From Neocallimastix sp. 'constans' (Eukaryota): a stretch of 64,000 nt of DNA. The DNA is taken from positions 248,001 to 312,000 of the forward strand of contig JBODTK010000119.1 in NCBI GenBank assembly GCA_050613775.1, read 5' to 3'. This document shows, in pieces, positions 33,836 to 46,293 of the stretch. Within the stretch, counting starts at the first letter, position 1. Each line of letters starts with the position of its first letter. A program made the position numbers and the translations under genes. The notes beneath the pieces are model-generated. The model ran no database searches. It had not been told where the DNA came from and saw only the letters and a list, made by a program, of their open reading frames with translations.

Positions 33836-36800
33836 ATGCTAGATTCTGGATCATTTTGTAATTTTATTACAAAAAATTTAGTTCAAAAACTAAATTTAAA
33901 AATTTATAATTTAAAAAATAAAATTTCAGTCAAAGGTATATCTGGTTCTACTACTAAGATAGATCAGTACGTTTGGCTAAAATTTCAAATAAAAATACAA
34001 AAGAATAAAAAATTTTATTTTAAAAATTACAATGAAAAATTTCTAATAACAAATTGCATACCAACTGATCTACTTTTTGGTAATCAATTCATGCGAAAAT
34101 TCAAAATTCACTATAATTATGATAAGAATATATTATATTCTTACTTAAATTATTATTTTTCAAATAAAAATAACAAAAATCCTAATAAATATTGCAAAAA
34201 CAATTTATATCTACAGTCGATGAAAAATAAAATTTTAAAAAATTATTTACTTTTTAATAAATCAATAAAAAAATTTAATTATAAAAATTTTTCAAAAAAT
34301 TTAAAAAAATTTGATCAGAAGTTTAATTATAATAAAAAATTTTTTAATAAAAAACTTAATAACCTTAACCTTAATAAATTTTCAAAATTTTGTGATAAAT
34401 TTAATTATAAAAATTTTTTTAATAAAAATCATTATTTTATTAATAAATATAAATATTATTTCAAAAAACAAAATAAATATTTAAAAAACAATTTTAATTT
34501 AAACAATGACTATAATTACAATTTTTTAATATATTCCTTCTTATCAAATAAAGAAATTAATAAAAATGACAATGAAGATCCAAATATTGAAGATATTCCG
34601 CCTCAATATCGCGATCTATTTATTGTTTTTAGTAAAGCCGAAGCCGATAAACTTCCCCCACATCGTTTAACCGATTGCAAAATAGTGCTGGAGAAGGACG
34701 CTTCCCTTCACTATGGTCCAATCTATCCCTTAACCGAAGAGGAAAATAAAGTTTTGAAAGAATATATAAAAGAAAACCTAAAAAAAGGATTTATTAGACC
34801 ATCTGAATCACCTGCAGGTTATCCAGTTCTATTCCAAAAGAAAAAAGATGGTACACTTCGGTTATGCGTAGACTATAGGAAGTTAAACGCTGTTACTATA
34901 AGAAACTCGTACCCCATACCTCTTATTAATGAAATTATTGAAAAGGTTAAAGGAGTAAAGTATTTTACAAAATTAGATTTACGTTCAGCTTATAATTTAA
35001 TCCGTATTAAGGAAGGGGATGAATACAAGACAGCTTTCAGAACTAAATATGGTCACTATGAATACTTAGTTATGCCATTTGGTTTAAAAAACGCACCAGC
35101 TACTTTTCAATCGTTTATTAATTCGGTACTAAGACCATATTTAGAAAAAAGTGTTATTCTTTATTTAGACGATATTTTAATCTACTCCAAAGATTTAAAA
35201 GAACATCATAAACAAGTTAGGGAGGTTTTGCAAGCATTAATTAATAATAACTTATATGCAAAATTAGAAAAATGCGAATTTGATAAAGAGAAAGTTGAAT
35301 TCCTTGGATATGTATTATCAGGTCAAGGTGTCACTACCGATCCGAAGAAAATAGAATCAATTAAAGACTGGCCTCAACCAAATAACTTAAAGGACGTACA
35401 GAGGTTTTTAGGTCTTTGCAATTATTATAGAAGATTTGTTAAAGATTTTGCAAAAATTGCAAAACCTTTACATAATTTAACCAGAAAAAATATTAAATTT
35501 AATTGGAATAACAAATGTGAAGAATCATTCTCAGAATTAAAGAAAAGATTAACCAGTTCTCCAGTTTTATTCCATCCGGATAATAATAAACCATTTATTG
35601 TTGAATGTGATGCAAGTAACTTTGCCCTTGGTGCTGTTTTATCACAAAAGGATGATAATAATAAATTACATCCAGTTGCATATTTCTCAAGAAGCTTACA
35701 AGGTGCAGAAATTAATTATACTATTACAGACAAGGAGTTGTTAGCTATTAGAGAAGCCTTTTTGGCATGGAGACATTTATTACTTGGTGCGAAATACAAA
35801 GTAACTGTTTATACTGATCATAGGAACTTATTATATACCCTTGGTGGTAAAATTGGTAATCAAAGGCAACATAGATGGCATATGTTCTTCCAAGAATATA
35901 ATTTTGAATTAATTTATAGACAAGGTTCCAATAATGGAAAACCTGATTCTCTTTCAAGAAGACCAGATTATATAAAAAATAATGAAGAAACTAAAACCGA
36001 AAATATTCTTGACATAAAAAATGTAAAGGGAGTTCCATGTTTTATTGGTGTTGTTAGCGATCTTTTAGAAAGAATTATAGAAGCTACAAAAACAGATGCC
36101 ACAGCTGATGATATTAGACTCTATTTTAGCCCACAGAATATTAAAAATGATATGTCCTATAAACCCTTTAGGAAAATGAATAAGTTCAAAATAAAGGATA
36201 ATATTATATTATATAATAATTTAATTTATATTCCTGAAATTTTAAGATTAGAAATCTTAACTAAATATCATGAAAAGCCTTCCGCTGGTCATCTTGGAAT
36301 TAAAAGAACTCTTGAATTAATTACAAGAAACTTTTGGTGGCCCAAAATGCAAGATGATGTTATAAAATTTGTCAATTCCTGTGAATGTTGTGCAAGAAAC
36401 AAAATTAATAGACATAGGAAATATGGCTTTCTACAACCGTTGGAAACACCTGATAGACCTTGGAAATCTATAGAAGTTGACTTTTTATGTGGCCTCCCGG
36501 ATTCAAAGGGATATACGGTAATAATGGTTGTAGTGGATCGTTTCTCTAAAATGATTCACTTAATACCTTTCAAACAAATTCCTGATGCAAAACAAACTGC
36601 CAAAGCATTTATGAATAATGTTTATAAATTACATGGCCTTCCTTATGATATGTATACAGATAGAGGTCCTCAGTTTACAAGTGCACTTTGGAAAGAATTC
36701 ATGAAATTACTTAATATTAAATCCAAATTAGCTACAACAGATCATCATGAGACTGTTGGTCAAGTTGAGAGATGTAACTCCTTTATTGAACAGTATTTAA

Positions 36801-37525
36801 GAGCTTATTCAAGATCTTATTATCACGACGATTGGATTAATTGGATCTATCTTGCAGAGTTCGCTTATAATAATTCAGTCAATGAATCTACAAAAGAAAC
36901 ACCTTTCTTTATTAACTATGGATTTCATCCATCTATGGACGAATATTTCTTACTACCCCAAGTTGATACTAATAGTAAATTTATTAAAAATGTAAGTACA
37001 AGTTTTAATCATATTAAAGATGTCTTATTAAGATCTAAAGAATTATATAAAAATTATGCGGATAAGAAAAGGATGCCACCTCCTGTAATAAAAGAAGGTG
37101 ACTTGGTTTGGATTCAAGCACCTCCTTCCTTAAATATTGAAGATTGTTCTAAACTCGCTCCTTGCAAATATGGACCTTACAAGGTAATCGATGTTTTAGA
37201 GAATAATAATTATAAAATTGATCTTAAAAAGTCACCTTTTCCAAAACATCATCCAATCTTTCATATCTCTGAATTGGAACCTTATGTCCCAACTCCGCAA
37301 AAGTTTTTAAATAGAAGTTCGCACAATGAATCCATTAATGATATTATTGAAATTTCTGGATTTAGGACAAACTACAAGAAAAACTGCTACGAATATAGAG
37401 TTAGATACAAATATAAAAGTTCAAGTAATTGGGTGCCTTCTTATGAAGTTGAAAATAATCCAAGGAATCAAAGAATATATCAAGAATATTTAAAGAATAA
37501 TAGAAAATTCACTTCTCTTTCTTAT

Positions 37526-37531
<6 letters not shown>
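33836..37531 (+). CDS. pol: Pol of A2 (PR-RT-RH-IN)
   Basis: Translation appears identical to 10401-14096. Confidence 0.97.
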
Positions 37532-37570
<39 letters not shown>

Positions 37571-38878
37571 ATTATACTTAAGCTATAAATAGTATATTAA
37601 ATAATAATATTTCAAAATTAAATTAGTTAATTTAAAATTTTACATTTCAAAATTTCAAAAATTTTTAAAAAATCGAAATTTAATAATACTTTATTTATTT
37701 TTACATTATTATATTCATTAAATTATAAATTTTCATTATATTTAAAAATTTTCAATTTAATGCATAAAATTAAGATGAAATTTCAATTTCAATTTCAAAA
37801 TTTCAATTTTACATTTTTTCAACGAAATTTTTAATAAAATTCACACCATTATATTTCTCGATATTTAATTTTATAACAAAATTTTAATTTCAGTAAATTT
37901 TGACAATTTCGAAATTTCCATGAAATGGCCACTTGTAATGTGTTCTTTAAAGGACTCATGTGACCTTTTTACTTCAAAAAAAAAAAAAAAAAAAAAAAAA
38001 TTTTTTAAAATATACAATTTTATAAATATAATAATTTCTTTATGTAACGTTACACAAAATCGTCTGGAATCCGATTTTTGTGGAAGGGCGTTGTCAAAAT
38101 TACAACTGAATTAAATTTCAATTTCAATTAATTTCAATTAAAATTATTAAAAACAAAATAATTAATAAAAATTTATAATTCATTAATTATTCTTTAAATT
38201 TTATTTATTTTATAATATTATAAGTTATTTGATCATCTTAGGACCAGCTTAGGCCTACTGATTCTAATGATATCATATTAAACTTAAATATTATTAATAA
38301 ATAAAATATTTATTAACATGAATCATTTGGTCATGTCATCCTTGATTCATAAATTAATGTTTATGTATTAATTTATGTTATATTGATTTAATTAATTATT
38401 AATTATTAATTACTATATTAAATATTTAAATTTAATATTATATTATATATATTAGCTAATATATTAGATTAAAAAATATAATTTATTTATATTAAACATA
38501 TTCTTATACTAAATATTATTATTATCAACTTTATATTATTATTATCAATATTCTCAAACCTACAAAGTATAAAAAGAAAATTCAAATTTATCTTTTTGTC
38601 CTTTGTAAGGTTATAGTTAACCTATTATAATATAACTATATATTTTTATTAATAAATAAAAATTTTTATCATATCAAACCAATTATTAGTTTTAATTAAG
38701 TGTTAAATTAACAAATTTAACTTTATAACTCTTTTATTTTAGTAATTTACTTATATCTATATAGTTATATTATATAGATATATCAACCTGATTCCTCGTT
38801 AAATTCAACCTGTTTACTTTTTAACAGTAAGTTGAAATTCTAATTAATAATCCATTATATGTTCGTTCTTTACCATTA

Positions 38879-41800
38879 TGTAATAATTTAATTAAAAAAT
38901 TATAATTAAATTATTAATCATTAATATTAGCTCTAACTGCTAATATTAAAGGTTTAGAAAAGAATCATACTTACCTATGGTTCTTTCTAATTATCGAGTT
39001 TATTATAACGAATTATAATAGACGAAACACTAAAATTGATAAGGAAAAGTTTTAATTATAAAATTTGTTTTATTAAAATAATTTGTTTTATTATTTATTA
39101 AAAATTTTAAATGTTAAAACTTATTGTTATTATTATTATATTATAATTGTTATAATAATAACTCTTGATTTCTCAAAGAGAACTCAAGAGCCTTATTTAT
39201 ACTTTTTTGTCAAGATAAGGTTAAAATCAAAAGAGGTTCTAATCTTAACAAATCTCTTATCTAGGAAAAGACTAGAAGAAAAACCTAGATAAGTTTTTTG
39301 ATCGATATTCTATCCATATCGATCATCGCGTTAATTAAGTAAAACCGATTACTTTTAAGAAGTAATTGGAAAAACCTTAATTAACCGATTACTTAATCTA
39401 ATATAATGATCGAAAATAAAAGAATAAAATAATGAAAATTATTTCGATCATAAAATTTAAAATTTAATCTATTTAGTTCTATTTTATAGAACTTTACATA
39501 AAAAATATAAAACAATACATTAATAATAAAATACATGATCAATACAATACAGAATACATGATAGAATACAGAATACATGATAGAATACAGAATACATGAT
39601 AAAATACAGAATAGTGTTTTAGTTTATGATTTAATGAGTGAGAGAAAACTAAAACTAATAAATTTAATAATTAAGTGAATAATTAAATAAATTTAATATT
39701 ATTTTAAATGTATAAAAATTATTTAATTAAATAAATTTTTAATATTAAACTAAATAAAATTTTAATATATAATTAAATAAATTATTAATTATAATTAATT
39801 GTATAAATGAAATATGAGTTAAATAAAAGTTATATTAATTATAACTTAACTAAGAAAATATAATTATTTTGTTAAAAATAATTATAGATTCTTACATTGC
39901 TCCCTTTATGGTGATGGTTCCTTTAATCCTATGTCTCTTTCAGTATAAGGCTCCAACTGCGAGATATGAAATACCGGGTGTAAATGAAGATTTTCTGGTA
40001 ATTCAAGCCGGTAGTTCATTCTTTCCCTCACTTCTATGACCTTAAAGGGTCCAAGATACTGGTTAGAAAGCTTTTTTGCAGGTTCATTGGAGAAGTAATA
40101 CCTTTTCAACCAAACCATGTCGTTAACATGGAAAGTAGGACCAGAAGCTTTCCTAGAGTCACCAAACTTTTTGAAATCTTCTTTAGCTTTGATAAGGTGC
40201 TTTTTAAGGGCATCAAAATGGGCAGACCAATCCATAGTAAGTACAGAGGCATTATCTTTTAAAAGAACAGGAGGAGAGTCAATATTGCATACTGGATTAA
40301 AACCATAATTTGCACAGAAAGGCGACATGTTTATAGATTTGTGAAATGAGTTGTTATAAGCCATTTCACAAAGAGGTAGATAAAAGCACCATTCATTTTG
40401 GGCAGTAGAACAGTAGCATCGTAAATATTGTTCGATTACGGAATTAGCCCTTTCGACTTGACCATTTGTTTGTTGGTGATGAGCAGTAGCGAGTCTTGGC
40501 TTAGTATTTAGAGCTGAGCAGAGTGAGGTCCAAAATTCAGAAGAGAACTGGGAGCCATGATCAGAGACAATGATTTTAGGGAATCCATGATACCGAAAAA
40601 CGTTGTAAAGGAGCATCTTGGCGGTCAGGTCAGCGGAAGGGACGTCGGAGCAAGGAACTAAATGGATCATCTTTGTTAAGTGATCCGAAACCACCATAAT
40701 ACATGTGCAATCTTGTGAACTAGGTAACGAAACTATAAAATCAACCCCAATAATTTCCCATGGTTTATTGGGAACAGGCAACGGTTGAATTTTTCCGTAG
40801 GGTTTATGTCTACGAATTTTACACCTAGCACAAGTTGAACAAGAAAGTACATAATTATGAATATCTTTCTTCATATTAGGCCACCAGTAGTATCTCTTGA
40901 TTTTATCAAGAGTTTTGTCAATACCTTGGTGTCCGTTGGTGGGTGAGTCATGAAAAGATTTCAAAATTCTTGCTCTTAAAGTGGATGGGACGATGATTCT
41001 GTTTTGGAAATGTAAGACCCCTTCATTTAAAGAAAATAAAGAACTTTTAACTGTGTTTGACTTAGTTTTAATCTTTTCTAAAATAGATTTGCAATATGTG
41101 TCAGCCGTTTGGGCATCAATCAAACTACTAATATTATCAGTGTTTGCACAACATAAGGCATTATCATCCAATAAAGGACGGTCTTTGTTGTGGAGGGAAA
41201 CCACGGAATTATAATCCGGACGTCTCGACGACGAATCTGGTTCACTACTCCTTGATCCACAAAATTTGTCAGTCGGTTGGGTATCAATCAAGCTACTGAT
41301 AATAGTGTTTGCACAACAAAAGGCATTATCATCCAATAAAGGACGGTCTTTGTTGTGGAGGGAAACCACGGATTTATAATCCGGACGTCTCGACAACGAA
41401 TCTGGTTTACCACACCTTGATCCAGGTCTGAACGAAATCCTAAAGTCAAACTTAGAAAGAAAGAGGCTCCATCTTATCTGGCGTTGGTTTAAATGTTGAG
41501 GCTTTTTAAAATATAATAAATTTCTGTGATCGGTAATGATTTGAACAGGAAACTTAGCCCCTTCAAGGTGGTGACGCCAGGTTTCAAAAGCGGTGATAAT
41601 AGCGAGTAGTTCCTTGTCATATATTGTATAATTTAATTCAGAAGATGACAAAGACCTAGAATGAAAAGCGACAGGGTGAAGTTCGTTATCCTTGTCACTG
41701 ATTTGAGAAAGAATGCAACCCACAGCAAAATCACTGGCATCAGTTTCAACAGTGAATTCCTTATCTGGATCGGGGTAGATAAGGATTTCGTCTGTGGTAA

Positions 41801-44598
41801 AAGCAAGTTTTAATTTTTTGAAGGCATTCTCAGCATCATCATTCCATTTGAACTCGTTATTCTTCTTGAGGAGTATTCTTAAGGGTTCCATAATTATGGC
41901 GAAATTCTTTATGAATTTCCTATAGTAGTTACAGAGTCCGAGGAAACTTTGAAGTTCATTCATGTTTTTTGGAGTAGGCCATTCAAGAATTGATTTTACT
42001 TTGTTTTTATCCATAGAAAGGCCATTTATTGATACAACAAACCCTAAAAAAGTAGTTTCAGGAACGTGGAATTCACATTTTTCTAGTTTTACATAGAGAC
42101 CATTTTTGACTAACAAGGAAAGGACATGATGAACATGTTTAATATGTTCAGTAAGGTTTTTCGAATATATTATAATGTCATCTAAGTAGACAAAGAGAAA
42201 CAAGCCAATATCATCAGAAAAAATGTCTTGGATAAAGCGTTGAAAAACCGAAGGTGCATTACGTAAACCAAAAGGCATTACACGGTATTCAAAATGACCA
42301 AAAGGAGTACGAAAAGCAGTAAGGTATTCATGGCCTTTCTTGACACGAACTAAGTTATAGGCAGATCTTAAGTCAAGCCGAGAGAAAATAATAGCACCTT
42401 TAAATGATTCTATCAAATCAGATATCCTAGGAATTGGATAACTGTTTCTAATGGTGATAGAATTGAGCTTTCTATAGTCAACACAAAGTCTAAGAGAACC
42501 GTCACGTTTTCTAACAAATAGCACCGGGGCACCAGCAGGAGATTTTGATTTTCTAATGAATCCTTTAGCAAGGTTTTCCTTAATGTATTCACGAAGTGCC
42601 TTCTTTTCTTCAACAGTCAACGAATAAATTGGTCCAAAATAAAGTTGAGCACCGGGAACTAAATCAATGGATATATCATAAACACGGTGTGGAGGGAGTT
42701 TATCAGCTTCTTTCTTTTCAAATACAATACAAAGGTCATAATAATATTTTTTAATTATTTTTTTATTTCTTTTGGTATTCTTAAGTTCACTATTGTGAAC
42801 TAAAGCAGCGCAAATGTTCATATCGCTAAGTTCGTCTTCAGGTATGGAATCTGGAATTATTGAGTCAAGAGGAATTTCTTCCTTCTGTTCATTATTGGGT
42901 AAGAGAGAAGCAGTAATATCTGATGAATGGAAAACAAACCTATTACCCTTAGCAGAAGGGCAATGGTTTTTACAGTAGCTTTCCAAGAAGTAAATTTTAT
43001 TATTTTTGTAATCAATGTAAGGTGAATGAAGGCTTAACCAATCTCTTCCAAGGATTGCAGATACGTCTTGAAGTTGTAAATTGGCTATAAAGAATTCAAA
43101 TGTTTCCGTATGGTCCATGAAAGTAAGCTTAAGACGTTTTGTAACTTGTTTTATAGCCATATTCTTTTCATTAGGAAGTTTTACATTGATCGTATTTGAG
43201 AGGTTTGAATAAGGAATTTTGTTTGCTGTTACGAAGCTTTTGCAGAGATAACTTCTAGCAGAGCCCGAGTCAATAAGGATTCTGGTTTTAATCTTTTTGT
43301 TATTAACGGTTAACAAGAAAGTTGTAGTCATTTTATTATTATGACTTGGGGTGTAATTTGCTGATAAAATACTTCCATTGTCTCGTCCCTTATGGTGCTT
43401 ATTGCGTTTAAATTTGTTTTCGGTCATGTTAGTTTCGTTTCTTTTTCGTTTGAAAGATTTACTATTCTTTGGCTTGTAGTCATTGGTCTTTACTTTTTGC
43501 TTAAGTAAACATTTTCTATCAATATTGATAATAGAATTTGTTGCCTCAAATAAACTTTTAGGTTTGTCTAATTTATTGAACTCTGTTTTAACATCCTCAA
43601 GAAGACCTCTTTTGATTAGGTCAATGAATACATCGTCCGGCCATCCAATACGTCCAGCTAACCTTCGAAATTCAATAGTATATAATGCGGCTCTTCCTAA
43701 ATGAAGTTGTTTTAAGTTTAGAAGTTGTTCAATAAGAACATCCTTCTGTTCTTTAGTATCCCCAAAATTGCTTATCAAAATATCTTTAAAGGTGTCATAG
43801 CTTAACGAATTTAAAGTCCCATCAGCCTTCAATGAAAGTCCCCATTTCTTTGGAGGTCCATGTAACATGCTGATAACATAAGAAATTTTTAAGTCGTCCG
43901 TGGAAAAAGAGTTGGGATGTTTTTTAAAAAACAATTCACTCTGTTCCAGGAGCTCATTAACGTTAAGTTTGTTGTTATCAGCTAAGTCCTTGGATAACAC
44001 TCCGTTGGCGGAAAAGAAGGTAGGAATAAATTCTGTTAAAGCTGTTATAAGCTTTGAGGATTCAACTTCACTTGGAATTTGGGCGTTATTACTATTGGAT
44101 TCCATTTTTACCTAAATTATAAATTATATTAACTATGAAATATATATATATGTTTATTATGATTATAAGGTCATAGTTAGGAAGTTTTGGCGAAAGAAAA
44201 CAGTTGAATAAGAAAATACTCAAGCATTTCCAGACGATTTTCCAGAAGCACGTTAGCAGTAAACAGTAGTATGTACTTAATGACGGGAGCAGCTTGCCTA
44301 TTACTGGTGTCATGTTCCCGCGTACACCACGATTGCAACCTACCACACATCGGATAGGCCAGTCCAGAGCTGCCCAGATCGCTGCCTGTGACAGATAAAC
44401 TTAATCCGGAAACTGTTACCTAGATGCTAACACACTTCTGCTTCTAAGGTCTGTACTAAGTCTTGGTTCTTCTATATTGTTTCCTTGGCCTACTTCTTCC
44501 AGTTCTATTTCCCTAAAATCATGTAAACATATGTTAGTGTATTTATGTGTTCTTATTATTGTTATTATTTATTTTATTATTGCTCTTTATTGTTGTTT

Positions 44599-44643
<45 letters not shown>

Positions 44644-46213
44644 TATTTATCATTTATCATTTATCATTTATCATTTATTATTTACTATCATTATTTATTA
44701 TTATTTATTATTATTTATTATTATTTATTATTATTTATTATTATTTATTATTATTTATTATTATTTATTATTATTTATTATTATTTATTATTATTTATTA
44801 TTATTTATTACTATATATCTATTCTTTTAATTTTTTATGATTTTAATTATTTATCCAACTAATTATTACTATTTACTTATTTTTTTAATATTTAATTTAT
44901 GGTTTATATTAATTTATTCTTATAATTTCTATACTAAATTATTAATTAATGATTTTTGATCTGATTTACTAGTATTATCTACTTATATTTTAATATTTAA
45001 TTTATTTACTATATATTAATTTATTTTTTTAATTTCTAGATTATTCTATATAATTTATATTATTTTATTTATTATTAATCATAAAAATTTTTATTGTACT
45101 ACACTAAATTATTTTGTACTACTTGATTCTAGAAATTAATTATATTATGAAATTAATTAACTATTCTATTAAACTATACTAAGAAGAGTTATTATTGTAA
45201 TAATTTAATTAAAAAATTATAATTAAATTATTAATCATTAATATTAGCTCTAACTGCTAATATTAAAGGTTTAGAAAAGAATCATACTTACCTATGGTTC
45301 TTTCTAATTATCGAGTTTATTATAACGAATTATAATAGACGAAACACTAAAATTGATAAGGAAAAGTTTTAATTATAAAATTTGTTTTATTAAAATAATT
45401 TGTTTTATTATTTATTAAAAATTTTAAATGTTAAAACTTATTGTTATTATTATTATATTATAATTGTTATAATAATAACTCTTGATTTCTCAAAGAGAAC
45501 TCAAGAGCCTTATTTATACTTTTTTGTCAAGATAAGGTTAAAATCAAAAGAGGTTCTAATCTTAACAAATCTCTTATCTAGGAAAAGACTAGAAGAAAAA
45601 CCTAGATAAGTTTTTTGATCGATATTCTATCCATATCGATCATCGCGTTAATTAAGTAAAACCGATTACTTTTAAGAAGTAATTGGAAAAACCTTAATTA
45701 ACCGATTACTTAATCTAATATAATGATCGAAAATAAAAGAATAAAATAATGAAAATTATTTCGATCATAAAATTTAAAATTTAATCTATTTAGTTCTATT
45801 TTATAGAACTTTACATAAAAAATATAAAACAATACATTAATAATAAAATACATGATCAATACAATACAGAATACATGATAGAATACAGAATACATGATAG
45901 AATACAGAATACATGATAAAATACAGAATAGTGTTTTAGTTTATGATTTAATGAGTGAGAGAAAACTAAAACTAATAAATTTAATAATTAAGTGAATAAT
46001 TAAATAAATTTAATATTATTTTAAATGTATAAAAATTATTTAATTAAATAAATTTTTAATATTAAACTAAATAAAATTTTAATATATAATTAAATAAATT
46101 ATTAATTATAATTAATTGTATAAATGAAATATGAGTTAAATAAAAGTTATATTAATTATAACTTAACTAAGAAAATATAATTATTTTGTTAAAAATAATT
46201 ATAGATTCTTACA
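38879..46213 (-). mobile_element. Full-length Ty3/gypsy element E; 3' LTR 38879-39896, 5' LTR 45196-46213 (1018 bp each)
   Basis: TG...CA LTRs; TSD CATTA (38874-38878, 46214-46218); purine tract AAAGGGAG (minus strand) next to the 3' LTR; single gag-pol ORF. Confidence 0.96.
39906..44105 (-). CDS. gag-pol: Single-ORF Gag-Pol polyprotein of E (gag, PR, RT, RH, IN; no chromodomain)
   Basis: KISYVISMLHGPPKKW; LIDSGS; LRLCVDYRKLN, YLDD; ETDAS; FHD..GHQG..CSTC, SDHGSQF, GQVERAN; GPF; ends soon after HPVFHISQLEPY. Confidence 0.97.
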   Translation of the reverse strand: MESNSNNAQIPSEVESSKLITALTEFIPTFFSANGVLSKDLADNNKLNVNELLEQSELFFKKHPNSFSTDDLKISYVISMLHGPPKKWGLSLKADGTLNSLSYDTFKDILISNFGDTKEQKDVLIEQLLNLKQLHLGRAALYTIEFRRLAGRIGWPDDVFIDLIKRGLLEDVKTEFNKLDKPKSLFEATNSIINIDRKCLLKQKVKTNDYKPKNSKSFKRKRNETNMTENKFKRNKHHKGRDNGSILSANYTPSHNNKMTTTFLLTVNNKKIKTRILIDSGSARSYLCKSFVTANKIPYSNLSNTINVKLPNEKNMAIKQVTKRLKLTFMDHTETFEFFIANLQLQDVSAILGRDWLSLHSPYIDYKNNKIYFLESYCKNHCPSAKGNRFVFHSSDITASLLPNNEQKEEIPLDSIIPDSIPEDELSDMNICAALVHNSELKNTKRNKKIIKKYYYDLCIVFEKKEADKLPPHRVYDISIDLVPGAQLYFGPIYSLTVEEKKALREYIKENLAKGFIRKSKSPAGAPVLFVRKRDGSLRLCVDYRKLNSITIRNSYPIPRISDLIESFKGAIIFSRLDLRSAYNLVRVKKGHEYLTAFRTPFGHFEYRVMPFGLRNAPSVFQRFIQDIFSDDIGLFLFVYLDDIIIYSKNLTEHIKHVHHVLSLLVKNGLYVKLEKCEFHVPETTFLGFVVSINGLSMDKNKVKSILEWPTPKNMNELQSFLGLCNYYRKFIKNFAIIMEPLRILLKKNNEFKWNDDAENAFKKLKLAFTTDEILIYPDPDKEFTVETDASDFAVGCILSQISDKDNELHPVAFHSRSLSSSELNYTIYDKELLAIITAFETWRHHLEGAKFPVQIITDHRNLLYFKKPQHLNQRQIRWSLFLSKFDFRISFRPGSRCGKPDSLSRRPDYKSVVSLHNKDRPLLDDNAFCCANTIISSLIDTQPTDKFCGSRSSEPDSSSRRPDYNSVVSLHNKDRPLLDDNALCCANTDNISSLIDAQTADTYCKSILEKIKTKSNTVKSSLFSLNEGVLHFQNRIIVPSTLRARILKSFHDSPTNGHQGIDKTLDKIKRYYWWPNMKKDIHNYVLSCSTCARCKIRRHKPYGKIQPLPVPNKPWEIIGVDFIVSLPSSQDCTCIMVVSDHLTKMIHLVPCSDVPSADLTAKMLLYNVFRYHGFPKIIVSDHGSQFSSEFWTSLCSALNTKPRLATAHHQQTNGQVERANSVIEQYLRCYCSTAQNEWCFYLPLCEMAYNNSFHKSINMSPFCANYGFNPVCNIDSPPVLLKDNASVLTMDWSAHFDALKKHLIKAKEDFKKFGDSRKASGPTFHVNDMVWLKRYYFSNEPAKKLSNQYLGPFKVIEVRERMNYRLELPENLHLHPVFHISQLEPYTERDIGLKEPSP

Positions 46214-46238
46214 CATTAAATTTAAAAAATATTATTTC

Positions 46239-46293
46239 TGGTATAGTTGTTAGTAACTAATACCATGAATCAAACTACTTAGGGTTCGATTCA
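46239..46293 (+). promoter_or_regulatory. Second copy of the Pol III A-box/B-box cassette (3' LTR of B)
   Basis: Same sequence as 15485-15539. Confidence 0.75.

Larger units (their letters stand above)
31790..38826 (+). mobile_element. Full-length Ty3/gypsy element A, copy A2; LTRs 31790-32524 and 38092-38826
   Basis: 735-bp TG...CA LTRs starting TGTCAAAA (A1 starts TGTCGAAA); TSD GTAAG (31785-31789, 38827-38831). Confidence 0.96.
22738..38875 (-). mobile_element. Full-length Ty3/gypsy element C (tRNA-primed, no chromodomain); 3' LTR 22738-23580, 5' LTR 30992-38875 interrupted by A2
   Basis: LTRs of 843 and 842 bp (net) with TG...CA; flanked by TTAA on both sides once E is removed; intact gag and pol; primer-binding site (PBS). 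Confidence 0.95.

Noticed and set aside
8357..38826. A1 and A2 as an assembly duplication or segmental duplication
   Set aside because: Different TSDs offset by 2 bp, copy-specific LTR variant in both LTRs of each copy, and different host LTR variants
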